Positions 27,636 to 37,249 of a stretch of 64,000 nucleotides of DNA are shown one piece after another (positions within the stretch are counted from its first letter, which is position 1; each line of letters starts with the position of its first letter). The DNA comes from Gemmatimonadales bacterium (GTDB lineage Bacteria > Gemmatimonadota > Gemmatimonadetes > Gemmatimonadales > GWC2-71-9), in the NCBI GenBank assembly GCA_041602035.1, contig JBFIHA010000001.1, forward strand, positions 74,941 through 138,940, read 5' to 3'. The notes beneath the pieces are model-generated. The model was given only the letters and a program-made list of their open reading frames with translations. It was not told the origin of the DNA and made no database searches. The translations under genes were made by a program, and so were the position numbers.

Positions 27636-28451
27636 CTAGCGCGGCACCCGTACCGATAACCCCAGCCCGACAAACCAGTCGTCGGCGTCGCCTGCCCAGC
27701 GGACGCCGCCGCTCGTGTCGAGCTGGACATTGGTGGCGAGCTGGAGTGTGAACCCGGCGTCGAACAGGTGAGATGACGCGACGCCGTCGCTGAGACCTAC
27801 CGAGCCGAACCCCTCAACAAACATGCCCACGCGCTCGACGAGCCCGACGCCAACCGCGAGGGTGTACGGCGCCGCCGCCTCGGTGGCCAGCGTCCCGTCG
27901 CCACGATCTACGGACGAGGCTTCCACGCCCACGTTATAGCCCACGCCGACGCGTTCACTCAGCACGTGGGAGACCGCGATTCTGATCCCGGGGTCAGCCC
28001 GTTCGGCGCGGACGCCCTCCGTCCCGATCGGAACGAGCACCTTCCCGAGCAGCGCGACGGACGGTGTCAACCCGTTGCCCTCGGCCACCTGGACCTTGAA
28101 GCCGAGATCCAGGCTGCCGATGCCGCTCTCGGAGGACGTCGACGCCATGCGCGTCACCGAGGTGCGGACCCACCCCGCGAATCCGATGCGGGCCTCGACT
28201 CGGGGGGCCACACCGATGCGGAGCAGCGCAGGAGCGATGGTCAGCATCTCGGTAGAGTCGGCACCGGCCAAGAGGTTCCCCAGCTCGAGCTGGACATAGC
28301 CGGGTGGCACGATCGCCGTCGACTCCGTTTGGTCCGGGCGGTCGGTGACCAGGGGGCCGGGCGTCTGAGCGGTCGACCACGACGGGAGCCCGACCGTGAA
28401 CCCGAAGACCAAGGCCAAGCCGCGTGCGATCGCCACAGTTCGTTGCAGCAT
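27636..28451 (-). CDS. outer-membrane beta-barrel transporter (MetA/phenol-degradation-like family)
   Basis: Signal peptide ending STAQ. TDRPDQTEST motif. Alternating beta-strand pattern ending in an aromatic/basic C-terminus. I took the start at MLQRT. Confidence 0.8.
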   Translation of the reverse strand: MLQRTVAIARGLALVFGFTVGLPSWSTAQTPGPLVTDRPDQTESTAIVPPGYVQLELGNLLAGADSTEMLTIAPALLRIGVAPRVEARIGFAGWVRTSVTRMASTSSESGIGSLDLGFKVQVAEGNGLTPSVALLGKVLVPIGTEGVRAERADPGIRIAVSHVLSERVGVGYNVGVEASSVDRGDGTLATEAAAPYTLAVGVGLVERVGMFVEGFGSVGLSDGVASSHLFDAGFTLQLATNVQLDTSGGVRWAGDADDWFVGLGLSVRVPR

Positions 28452-28587
28452 GCCGATAGATATCCTCCTGGCGATCGGCACGGAACCCGCGAGTCCCGGG
28501 GTGCCCTGGCTGCGGTGGCGACGGAACTCTATCGTTGAATGTTGCCTCTCGGCTCGCAGAGCCATACTCGGGAACAAGGAAGACCCC

Positions 28588-30312
28588 ATGTTTCGAGCCC
28601 CTGTAACGGTATTCCGCCGCCGCCCGGTGCCGTGCGTCCTGTTAATGGGAGCGGCCATCCTCACGGCGGCCTGTGCCGTCGAGCCCGAGGTCGCGGCCGA
28701 TCTCGTGCTCCGCAATGGAAAGGTGGTCACGGTCGACCCCGCCACACCAGACGGCCAGGCTCTCGCCGTCCTCGGCGACACGATTCTCGCCGTCGGAACC
28801 GACCGGGACGTCTCGCGCTACATCGGTCGCGAGACTGACGTGATCGACCTCGGCGGCCGTCTGGCGATCCCCGGGTTCATCGAGGGCCACGGTCACTTCC
28901 TGGGCATCGGCAGCGCGAAGATGCAGCTCGATCTGATGCACGTGGCCAACTGGAACGAGATCGTCGCGATGGTGGCGGACGCCGCGTCGGATGCCCCTGC
29001 CGGCGCGCTCATTCAGGGACGGGGGTGGCATCAGGAGAAGTGGGACGAGCCTCCACCAGGCAACATCGATGGACTGCCGACCCACCACACGCTGAGCGCC
29101 GTGTCACCCGACAATCCGGTGATCCTGCGCCACGCGAGCGGACACGCCGCGTTCGCCAACGCGAAGGCGATGCAGATGGCCGGCATCACCCGGCGCACGC
29201 CGAATCCTCCGGGCGGCGAGATCGTGCGTGATGCCAACGGCGATCCGATCGGCGCGTTCCGCGAGACCGCACAAGGGTTACTGGGCCCGGCAGCGGCGAA
29301 TGCCGGCCCACCCGATACTCGCCGCCAGGCCGCGTTGGCCATCGAGGAGCTGCTCTCGAAGGGAGTGACCAGTTTCCAGGATGCCGGTGTCGGATTCGGC
29401 ACCCTGGACTTGTATCGGGAGATGGCGGACGAGGGAACCATGGGCGTACGGATGTGGGCCATGATCCGCGCACCCAACGATGCCCTCGCGGCGAGGTTGG
29501 CCGATGCACGCGTCGTCGACTATGGCGATCATCGGCTGACGGTCCGGGCGATCAAGGTCACGGTGGACGGCGCCCTCGGCCCGCACGGTGCCTGGCTGCT
29601 CGAGCCGTACGCCGACCTGCCCACGAGCCGGGGACTGAACACCAGCCCGATCGACGCCCTCGAGGTGACGGCACGACTGGCTCTGGAGCACGACTATCAA
29701 CTGTGCGTGCACGCCATCGGTGACCGGGCCAACCGTGAGGTGCTCGACGTCTACGAGCGCGCCTTCGGGCCAGCAACCGGGGATCGGGATCTCCGCTGGC
29801 GCATCGAGCATTCGCAGCATCTGCATCCCGATGACATTCCACGCTTCGGGCACCTGGGGGTGATCGCGTCGATGCAGGGGATTCACGCTACGTCCGATGG
29901 CCCGTGGGTGATTCCCCGCCTGGGCGAGCAACGGTCGCGAGCGGGCGCCTACGTATGGCGGTCGCTGTGGGACTCGGGAGCAATGGTCACCAACGGAACC
30001 GACGCGCCGGTCGAGGATGTGGATCCGATCGCGTCCTACTACGCCACCGTGTCCCGCAAGCTCAAGGACGGCAGTGTGTTCTTTCCTGAGCAGCGGTTGA
30101 GCCGGATGGAAGCCCTCCAGAGTTACACGATCAACAATGCGTACGCTGCATTCGAGGAAGGCATCAAGGGCTCGCTCACACCGGGGAAACTGGCGGATAT
30201 CACCGTGCTCTCGAAAGACATCCTGACGATTCCGGAGGACGAGATCCCGACCACGACGGTGGATTACACGATCGTGGGTGGCGTCGTGATGTACGCGAGG
30301 GAGGGGAACTAG
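28588..30312 (+). CDS. amidohydrolase family (Amidohydro_3) metallohydrolase, lipoprotein-like
   Basis: GFIEGHGHF metal motif, VHAIGD, GTDAPVE, and LTAAC near the N-terminus. Confidence 0.92.
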   Translation: MFRAPVTVFRRRPVPCVLLMGAAILTAACAVEPEVAADLVLRNGKVVTVDPATPDGQALAVLGDTILAVGTDRDVSRYIGRETDVIDLGGRLAIPGFIEGHGHFLGIGSAKMQLDLMHVANWNEIVAMVADAASDAPAGALIQGRGWHQEKWDEPPPGNIDGLPTHHTLSAVSPDNPVILRHASGHAAFANAKAMQMAGITRRTPNPPGGEIVRDANGDPIGAFRETAQGLLGPAAANAGPPDTRRQAALAIEELLSKGVTSFQDAGVGFGTLDLYREMADEGTMGVRMWAMIRAPNDALAARLADARVVDYGDHRLTVRAIKVTVDGALGPHGAWLLEPYADLPTSRGLNTSPIDALEVTARLALEHDYQLCVHAIGDRANREVLDVYERAFGPATGDRDLRWRIEHSQHLHPDDIPRFGHLGVIASMQGIHATSDGPWVIPRLGEQRSRAGAYVWRSLWDSGAMVTNGTDAPVEDVDPIASYYATVSRKLKDGSVFFPEQRLSRMEALQSYTINNAYAAFEEGIKGSLTPGKLADITVLSKDILTIPEDEIPTTTVDYTIVGGVVMYAREGN

Positions 30313-30319
30313 GCATTTC

Positions 30320-30348
30320 CCGGGGCGGGCTGTCGCAGTCCGCCCCGG
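30320..30348 (+). terminator. GC-rich hairpin downstream of the amidohydrolase gene (no U-tract)
   Basis: Perfect 9-bp stem ccggggcgg / ccgccccgg with an 11-nt loop, 8 nt after the stop. Confidence 0.4.
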
Positions 30349-30474
30349 TACCGCTCTACTGGGGTCCCGACCGGTTTCCCCGCCAACCAGGGCCAGCAGT
30401 ACTATCCGTCGTGCCGTTCGGCACCGTCGCGGCACCTCGACGTCTACAGCAACCTCCGCGGGGAGTGTCCGTCA

Positions 30475-31836
30475 GTGACCGATCACGTATCCGTCGCGCC
30501 GTGGGAGCAACTGGCAACGTTGATCGCCGCGCGTGACGCGGCATCGGCCGAGCGATTCCTGCACGATCTCCCAAGTGGAGAAGTCGCGCGTGCCGTCTCC
30601 CGCCTCTCGGAGGACGATCAGCGAGCGCTGCTCGACCTCCTGGGTCCGCACACCTCGGCCGCGCTGCTCGAGCACCTCTCCAACGTGCAGGCTGTGGAAC
30701 TCATCGAGGAGCTGCCGGCCGCCGATGCCGCCGCTATTCTCGAGGAGATCCCGAGCGCCGACCGGGTCGATCTCCTGGCCGATCTGGAGCATGCCGACGC
30801 GGCCGCGATCCTCGACGCCATGCCGGCCGAGCAGGCCGACGACACGCGCCGGCTGCTGCTGTATCCGGAAGACACGGCGGGCGGCATCATGATCACGGAG
30901 TACCTGTCGTATGCCGAGCACTTCACGGTGGGAGACGTGGTGGAGGACATGCGCGCCCACGGGGAGCGGTACTCCGACTACGACATCCAATACGCGTACA
31001 TCACCGATGGCGAGCGGCGACTCGTGGGCGTGTTGCGGCTTCGGGACCTGCTTCTGGCGCGACCGATGCAGACGGTAAGCGCCATCATGATGCGGGATCC
31101 GTTGAGTGTTCCGGATGACGCTGGGCTGACTGACCTCAAGCAGGTGTTCGACGACCACGCGTTCGTTGGTGTCCCGGTCACCAATGCGGCTGGGCAGCTG
31201 GTGGGGGTCGCACGCCGGGCCGCGGTGCTCACCGCCCTCGGCGAGCGGGCGACGGAGGCGTTTCTCGCCGTGACCGGCCTGATTGGCGAGGAGCTCCGCA
31301 CGATGCCGCTTCGCTATCGGTCACGGCGTCGGCTCTCATGGCTGTCGATCAATATCGTGCTCAATATGATCGCGGCCAGCGTCATCGCTATGTACCAAGA
31401 CACCCTGGCCGCGGTGATCGCCCTGGCGGTGTTCCTGCCCATCATCTCGGACATGAGCGGCTGCTCCGGCAACCAAGCCGTCGCGGTCAGTATCCGCGAG
31501 CTGGCACTCGGCCTGGTCAAGCCGCACGAAATCCTGCGCGTGGCGTTCAAGGAGGGGGCCGTCGGGATCCTGAACGGCGTCGTGCTGGGCGTGCTGCTCG
31601 GACTGGTGGCGGTGCTGTGGAAAGGGAACATCGTGCTTGGGCTCGTGGTCGGCGCCGCGCTCGCCCTTAACACCATTGTCGCCGTCCTGCTCGGCGGACT
31701 GATTCCTCTCGTGCTCCGGGGGCTCAACCACGACCCGGCGCTTGCGTCGGGCCCGATCCTCACGACGGTCACCGACATGGTCGGGTTCTTCTTGGTGCTG
31801 AGCTTTGCGTCGGCGGTCCTGCCGATGCTCATGTGA
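30475..31836 (+). CDS. mgtE: magnesium transporter MgtE
   Basis: MgtE_N acidic helical region, a CBS pair, and a C-terminal 5-TM domain with the PIISDMSG and GPILTTVTD motifs. Confidence 0.93.
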   Translation: MTDHVSVAPWEQLATLIAARDAASAERFLHDLPSGEVARAVSRLSEDDQRALLDLLGPHTSAALLEHLSNVQAVELIEELPAADAAAILEEIPSADRVDLLADLEHADAAAILDAMPAEQADDTRRLLLYPEDTAGGIMITEYLSYAEHFTVGDVVEDMRAHGERYSDYDIQYAYITDGERRLVGVLRLRDLLLARPMQTVSAIMMRDPLSVPDDAGLTDLKQVFDDHAFVGVPVTNAAGQLVGVARRAAVLTALGERATEAFLAVTGLIGEELRTMPLRYRSRRRLSWLSINIVLNMIAASVIAMYQDTLAAVIALAVFLPIISDMSGCSGNQAVAVSIRELALGLVKPHEILRVAFKEGAVGILNGVVLGVLLGLVAVLWKGNIVLGLVVGAALALNTIVAVLLGGLIPLVLRGLNHDPALASGPILTTVTDMVGFFLVLSFASAVLPMLM

Positions 31837-31947
31837 GCCGGCGCATGCGGCGTGGTTGGCTGGCGCTGGGCCTTGGCGCTCCGCATCGTTACACTACTCC
31901 AAGGTGAGTGCTCGTCGATGGGGGAATGACATGACTGTTTTCTGGAG

Positions 31948-33006
31948 ATGGAGCGCGTAGTGTCGGCGGAGCGCCTTCACCGCCCGGCGGGGGCGTATCC
32001 GCGACCGCCGCTCCCGCCCGACGAGCCGGAGCGGCTCCAGGCGCTGCAAGAGTACGACGTGCTCGATTCAGAGCCAGAGCAGGCCTACGAGGACCTGACG
32101 CTGCTCGCGTCGCATATCTGCCAGACACCCATCGCCCTGGTGAGCTTGATCGACACCGACCGGCAGTGGTTCAAATCGCGGATCGGTCTCGATGTGGCGG
32201 AGACCCATCGGGACGTCGCGTTCTGCGCCCACGCCATCGTGGCTCAGGAAACGATGGTGGTGAACGACGCGACGACGGACGAGCGGTTCGCCAACAACCC
32301 GCTGGTGCTGGGCGATCCGGAAATCCGTTTCTATGCCGGTGCGCCCCTGCGCGTGCCCGGGGGGCAGGCCATCGGCACCCTGTGCGTGATCGATCGCGTA
32401 CCCCGTGAGCTGACCGCGGAGCAACAGGCGGCCCTGGAGGCGCTGTCCCGGCAGGTAGTCGCGCAACTCGAACTGCGCCGCAGGATCAAGGAACTCCAGC
32501 AGTACTCAGCGCGCGATCCGCTTACGGGGGTGTTCAACCGCGGCTACTTCGACACGATACTTCCAGTGGAATTGGAGCGGTCGAAGCGCTACAACGACCC
32601 CACCAGCCTCCTGCTTATCGATGCAGACGGCTTCAAGGAGATCAACGATCGGATCGGTCATCAGGAAGGCGACCGCGTGCTGGTGATGCTGGGGGGAATC
32701 CTCACCCGCGGCGTCCGAGCCGCCGACATGATCTGCCGCTACGGTGGGGAAGAGTTCGCCGTGATCCTTCCGCACACCGACCTCGAGGTGGCCGGGGCCA
32801 TGGCCGAACGGATCCGCGAGGGCGTGGCGACGAGCAGCGCCGAGGTGGAGCCCCCACTCCGCACGGGCGCGCTGACCGTGACGATCGGTGTGGCGACGTT
32901 CCCGGTCGATGCTGGGGATGCCGAACGGCTCATCGCGGTGGCCGACCGTCGCCTGTACGCCGGCAAAGCGCGCGGTCGCAACTGTGTGGTTGCGGGGGAC
33001 GGGTAG
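31948..33006 (+). CDS. GAF domain-containing diguanylate cyclase (GGDEF)
   Basis: GAF motifs (ICQTPIALVSL, FYAGAPL) followed by RYGGEEFAVILP. Confidence 0.92.
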   Translation: MERVVSAERLHRPAGAYPRPPLPPDEPERLQALQEYDVLDSEPEQAYEDLTLLASHICQTPIALVSLIDTDRQWFKSRIGLDVAETHRDVAFCAHAIVAQETMVVNDATTDERFANNPLVLGDPEIRFYAGAPLRVPGGQAIGTLCVIDRVPRELTAEQQAALEALSRQVVAQLELRRRIKELQQYSARDPLTGVFNRGYFDTILPVELERSKRYNDPTSLLLIDADGFKEINDRIGHQEGDRVLVMLGGILTRGVRAADMICRYGGEEFAVILPHTDLEVAGAMAERIREGVATSSAEVEPPLRTGALTVTIGVATFPVDAGDAERLIAVADRRLYAGKARGRNCVVAGDG

Positions 33007-33042
33007 CGGCAGGTAGCGTCCCCGCCCCGGGTGCTGCATCTG

Positions 33043-33933
33043 CTACGGCGTCGGTTCCAGGCTTCGGTACACGAACTCGATGAACTGCTCGGGGTTGATG
33101 AACGCCCCACCCCACGCCTCATCGTAGTCGGCCATGGGCCGGGTCGCCTTCACTTGATCGAGCGTCTGTCCTTGAGCGATGGCTGCGGCCACCCGGGTCC
33201 GGGCCGTGACGAGGACCGTGCGGTAGCGCTCGAGGTCGCCTCGTGACGCCAGCGGCCCGTGTCCCGGAATGATCTTCGTGTCCGCGTCGGCGACGGCCAA
33301 TGCTGCGTCGGCGGCCGCGATCATCCCGCGCAGGTTGCCCCCGCTCCCGAGGTCGATGAACGGGTAGAGCCCGTTGAAGAACGTGTCGCCCATGTGCACG
33401 GCGTTCGCCCTGCGGAAGTGTATGATGGCGTCGCCGTCCGTATGTGCATGCGGGACGTGGAACACGTTGAGCTCGTCACCGTTCAGATGGAACGTGACCG
33501 CCTCGCTGAAGGTCACGACTGGCAAGGCCTGGTCGGGTGACGCCGGGACGGTCTGCCCCAACGCCTCCATCACCTGCTCCACGCTCATCCGTTCCCGCAC
33601 GTTGTCGTGCGCCACGATGAGCGCGCCCATCCTGCCGAGGTTCTCGTTGCCACCCACGTGATCGAAGTGCCAGTGCGTGTTCACCACGAACCGGATGGGC
33701 CGGTCGGTGAACCCGCGGATGGCGGCCACGATTTTTTCGGTGAGCGGCGCGAACTGGTCGTCGATGACGAACACGCCGTCGGCACCGGATGAGACCCCGA
33801 TGTTGCCGCCGCTACCGATGAGCATGTGTACGCCGGGCGCGACTGCCACGGTCTGGATCTGGACATCTTGCTGTGCCTCGCCCGGCAGGGTGACAACGGC
33901 GAGGAACAGCACAACGGCGGGGGCGATCCGCAT
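33043..33933 (-). CDS. MBL-fold metallo-hydrolase, secreted
   Basis: THWHFDHVGGN motif. The signal peptide starts at MRIAPAVVLF. Confidence 0.9.
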   Translation of the reverse strand: MRIAPAVVLFLAVVTLPGEAQQDVQIQTVAVAPGVHMLIGSGGNIGVSSGADGVFVIDDQFAPLTEKIVAAIRGFTDRPIRFVVNTHWHFDHVGGNENLGRMGALIVAHDNVRERMSVEQVMEALGQTVPASPDQALPVVTFSEAVTFHLNGDELNVFHVPHAHTDGDAIIHFRRANAVHMGDTFFNGLYPFIDLGSGGNLRGMIAAADAALAVADADTKIIPGHGPLASRGDLERYRTVLVTARTRVAAAIAQGQTLDQVKATRPMADYDEAWGGAFINPEQFIEFVYRSLEPTP

Positions 33934-34255
33934 GAGCACTCCTTGGTGTTGGGGGGGATCGGGATCTACCAAGCTAGTCGGTCGTCACGCCGTCGGCGAC
34001 CTGGAGGGGCAGGGTGTATGGGTGATCCAGAATGGAGCGGGGCGCCTCGTTTCGTGGCGGTGTAACCGGGGGTGTGAGGCGCATCACAGTGTCATAACAC
34101 GCTCTCGCGTAACTACTTCTGGTCAGTCGCCTGACCGCGGCGGGCTCGGCATCGATCCTGCGACTCCCCTGTCACCGTGAGACGCGGGGAGCCCCGCGTC
34201 ACGCGAGCGGAGAGCGGGAATCGATGACGGCAGCATTACCAGTGGGAGGTAGTCC

Positions 34256-35065
34256 ATGATGAAGCGTGTCCTGAGTCTCTCGGCCCTTGTGGCCAGCGCG
34301 GCCCTCTGGGCGGGGTGCAGCGACGGGGGTCCCGGATCGACGGTCGCCGTTCGGTTCGGTACCACGCCCTTGGCGTCGGCCACGGGCCCAATGACTGCCC
34401 CAGGTGCGAGTCTGTCGGGCGCCGCGGTACAGGAGATCACGCTCGACGGGTCCAACGGCCGCCTCACGATCACCGATATCTGGGTGATCGTCGAGGAGAT
34501 CGAGCTGGAGCCGGTCGAGACCGGTGACTGCGACGACGACGTTGTCGAGGTCGAGTGCCCGGATTTCGAACTCCGATATCTGTTCGTCCAGGTGCCGGTT
34601 GACGGTAGTGACGTCCGGGTCGCGGTCACGCAGGCCGATGGCCGGTTCGACGAGTTCGAGTTCGAGGTCGACGACGCTGAGGTCGATGACGACGATCCCG
34701 AGGACCTGGCCGATGCGCAGCTGATCGACGCGATGTTCCGGAACGAGATCACGCCGCGGTTCCCCAACTGGCCGCCCAAGGCGAGCATGGTCGTGGTCGG
34801 CACCTTCGAGCCGAAGAACGCGGATGGGACGTTCGGTGCGCCGGTCGACTTCGAGACCTATTTCCGGGCCGAGATCGAGGTCGAGTTGGATCTGAACCCG
34901 CCGTTCGACACCGCCACCGACAGCGAGATCCTCGTCACCTTGAACCCGGCCGCGTGGTTCCTGCGTGGTGACGGGACCGTGTGGGACCTGTCGGCCCTGC
35001 AGGGACAGCTGGTCGAGTTCGAGCTGGAAATGGAAAACGGGTGGGAGATCGAGATCGACGACTGA
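34256..35065 (+). CDS. acidic lipoprotein (DUF4382-like, tentative)
   Basis: Lipobox WAGC. Highly acidic beta-rich sequence with ITDIWVIVEEIEL. Confidence 0.7.
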   Translation: MMKRVLSLSALVASAALWAGCSDGGPGSTVAVRFGTTPLASATGPMTAPGASLSGAAVQEITLDGSNGRLTITDIWVIVEEIELEPVETGDCDDDVVEVECPDFELRYLFVQVPVDGSDVRVAVTQADGRFDEFEFEVDDAEVDDDDPEDLADAQLIDAMFRNEITPRFPNWPPKASMVVVGTFEPKNADGTFGAPVDFETYFRAEIEVELDLNPPFDTATDSEILVTLNPAAWFLRGDGTVWDLSALQGQLVEFELEMENGWEIEIDD

Positions 35066-35138
35066 CCTGAACTCAGAACGACACGAGCGGCCGGGCGCTC
35101 GCCTTACGGGTGCCCGGCTTCGTGCGGAGGGAAGCATC

Positions 35139-35825
35139 ATGCAGAGATACCGAGGTTACCTACTGCTATCGGCCGCCCTGGCCCTCATGGTGGCTTGCGG
35201 CGACTCGACGGGCCCCGCGGTGGACCGGAACAACCCGGGCACCGGGACCAACACACTCAGCGTCTCGGCGGACATCGACGGCCAGGAGGTGCCGGGCGGC
35301 ATCGTGACCGATATGGAGGTGCAGGTCCGCAGCGCCCAGGGCGCGCCGGTATCCGGCGCGACGGTTACGATCCGAAACGGCGCGCTGGGCACGACCACGC
35401 TGTTCGAGAGCGGCGCCGGTTCGGGCGACTATGTGGCGACGGTCAACGGGTTCGGCGCCGGGGACTACCGGCTCGACGTGGTCGCGGGTGCCGATCGCGT
35501 GGAGAACGTGGTCGTGGGGGGGATCGGGATTCATACGATTCAGAGCCCGACGACGGCGGCGGTGGTGCCGGCCAACCAGCCACTGACGGTCACGTGGACA
35601 CGGCCCGCCGAGGCGTTCAGGGCCGATGTGGAGTCCCGCGACTACGATGCGCAAGACATCCTGGATACGGGGAGCCACATCATCCCGGCAGTGGACGTGC
35701 AGCAGCGAACCGATGAGCGGATTCGGGTCCGGCGCGAGAATCGGGTCACCATTGCCGGCGGCGTGTCGGGCTCTCGGCTGAAAGTCGAGCTGGAGCGCAC
35801 GGTCGAGCCTATCGTCGTCCAGTAG
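35139..35825 (+). CDS. hypothetical lipoprotein with Ig-like beta-rich repeats
   Basis: Lipobox MVAC. Coding-like composition. Confidence 0.65.
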   Translation: MQRYRGYLLLSAALALMVACGDSTGPAVDRNNPGTGTNTLSVSADIDGQEVPGGIVTDMEVQVRSAQGAPVSGATVTIRNGALGTTTLFESGAGSGDYVATVNGFGAGDYRLDVVAGADRVENVVVGGIGIHTIQSPTTAAVVPANQPLTVTWTRPAEAFRADVESRDYDAQDILDTGSHIIPAVDVQQRTDERIRVRRENRVTIAGGVSGSRLKVELERTVEPIVVQ

Positions 35826-35944
35826 CCCGTCCGCAGACAGCGCCACCCACCACCTCCCCGTTCCGATCGCCTGGTCGGAGCGGAGAGGGGTGTTTGTGGC
35901 CGTGAGCGAGGGGCTCTGTGGACTGCCGGTTCCGGGCTGTTTCC

Positions 35945-37174
35945 TCAGTCCGCCAGGCCCACAACCTGCTCTGTCGCGAGACGGTCGACCTCCTGGCCGG
36001 AGTAGCCCAGCAGGTCTTCGAGCACCTCCCTCGTGTGTTGACCGAGGGCGGGAGCCGGATTTCGCTCGATCGCGGGGGCCGACGACAGGTGCGGCGTGGA
36101 TCGGGCAAACGTATAGGTCCCGACCTCGGGATCGTCGATGTCCACCAGCATGTCGCGCGTGCGGAAATGCGGGTCGGCAAAGATGTCCTTGGCCGTGTAG
36201 ACAGGCCCGGTTGGCATGCCGGCCTCGTTCAGCGTGTCCACGACCTCTTGCCGGGTCTTGTCCGCCAACCATGTCTCGATGATCGGCTGCAGGAACGTCG
36301 CGTTTTCGGCACGGCTGGTCCCGTCGCGGCTCCTGGGGTCTTCGATCAGGTCCGGGCGTCCCACGGCGGTGGCGAGGCGGCCCCACACGATGTCGTCGGG
36401 CACATTGAGCGCGACGTAGCCGTCCGAGCACTTGAACGCGCCGCGCGGCCAGAGATGCTCCAACTTCCCCCGCTGGGGCTCCCTGCCCGTTACCGAATAC
36501 AGCGCCACCATGCGCTCGTTCAGCGCCAGCATGTTGTCGGTGAGTGCAACATCCACGACCTGGCCTTCCCCCGTGCGCTCCCGCATGAACAGGGCCTGCA
36601 TTACGCCGAAGGCCGCGATCATACCGGAGTAGACGTCGGCGAGTCCGTAGAGGGTGAAGGTGGGCGGCTTGTCCTCGAACCCGATCAGGTCCATCACGCC
36701 GCTCATGGCTTCGGCCACGATATCGAACGCCGGCCGGTTGGCGTAGTCGCTGCGGTACCCCGGTAGGCGTCCGAAGCCCGAGATCATGGCGTACACGATC
36801 CGCGGGTTCACGGCATGGAGCCCATCATACCCCAGGCCGATCCGGTCCATCGCTCCAGGTCGGAGGTTCTCGACCACCACGTCCGCCACCGCCGCCAGCT
36901 TGCGGACGATTGCCTGGCCGGCCTCGCTCTGCACGTTGAGGGCGAAGCTCTTCTTGTTACGGTTGTAGGCCATATAGCCGAACGCCTTCTTGGCGGAATC
37001 TCGCTTCGCGAACGGCGGGATCGACCGGCGCGGATCACCTTTGCCGGGACGCTCGATCTTGATCACCTCCGCCCCGGCGTCGGCCAGGAGCATGGTGCAG
37101 TACGGTCCGCTCATGTATTGCTCCAGCCCGATTACCCGAATGCCCGTCAGCGGACGCTGGATCTCACCTGACAC
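35945..37174 (-). CDS. CoA-transferase family III (CaiB/BaiF)
   Basis: The N-terminal GIRVIGLEQYMSGPYCTMLLADAGAEVIKIE is the family signature. GTG start with a purine-rich Shine-Dalgarno. Confidence 0.93.
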   Translation of the reverse strand: MSGEIQRPLTGIRVIGLEQYMSGPYCTMLLADAGAEVIKIERPGKGDPRRSIPPFAKRDSAKKAFGYMAYNRNKKSFALNVQSEAGQAIVRKLAAVADVVVENLRPGAMDRIGLGYDGLHAVNPRIVYAMISGFGRLPGYRSDYANRPAFDIVAEAMSGVMDLIGFEDKPPTFTLYGLADVYSGMIAAFGVMQALFMRERTGEGQVVDVALTDNMLALNERMVALYSVTGREPQRGKLEHLWPRGAFKCSDGYVALNVPDDIVWGRLATAVGRPDLIEDPRSRDGTSRAENATFLQPIIETWLADKTRQEVVDTLNEAGMPTGPVYTAKDIFADPHFRTRDMLVDIDDPEVGTYTFARSTPHLSSAPAIERNPAPALGQHTREVLEDLLGYSGQEVDRLATEQVVGLAD

Positions 37175-37200
37175 CTGCCCCCCTTTCCTCTCTACTGCTG

Positions 37201-37248
37201 CCCGACGCTTCCCGCTTCCCGTTTCCCGCTTCCCGCGTCCCGCTTCCC
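37201..37248 (-). repeat. heptamer GGGAAGC micro-repeat (7 GGG tracts on the minus strand) between the thiolase stop and the CoA-transferase start
   Basis: The plus strand shows CCC tracts at 37201, 37211, 37218, 37225, 37232, 37239 and 37246. After the first gap (7 nt), the tracts are 4 nt apart. Confidence 0.85.
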
Positions 37249-37249
37249 G

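Noticed and set aside
30313-30474. Possible Mg2+ (M-box) riboswitch in the 162-nt leader of mgtE.
   Set aside because: I could not find the conserved M-box core sequences. The region holds only a post-gene GC hairpin and small local stems. Only an Infernal scan could settle it.
34181-34200. Near-perfect palindrome gacgcgggg-ag-ccccgcgtc upstream of the acidic lipoprotein gene.
   Set aside because: It is a single GC-rich palindrome with a 2-nt centre, no second copy and no obvious partner regulator. It is too weak to call an operator or terminator.
35166-36431. 421-aa minus-strand ORF, together with the 434-aa ORF at 39238..40542.
   Set aside because: Both overlap well-supported genes in other frames or strands and translate to Arg/Pro/Gly-rich sequence without motifs.
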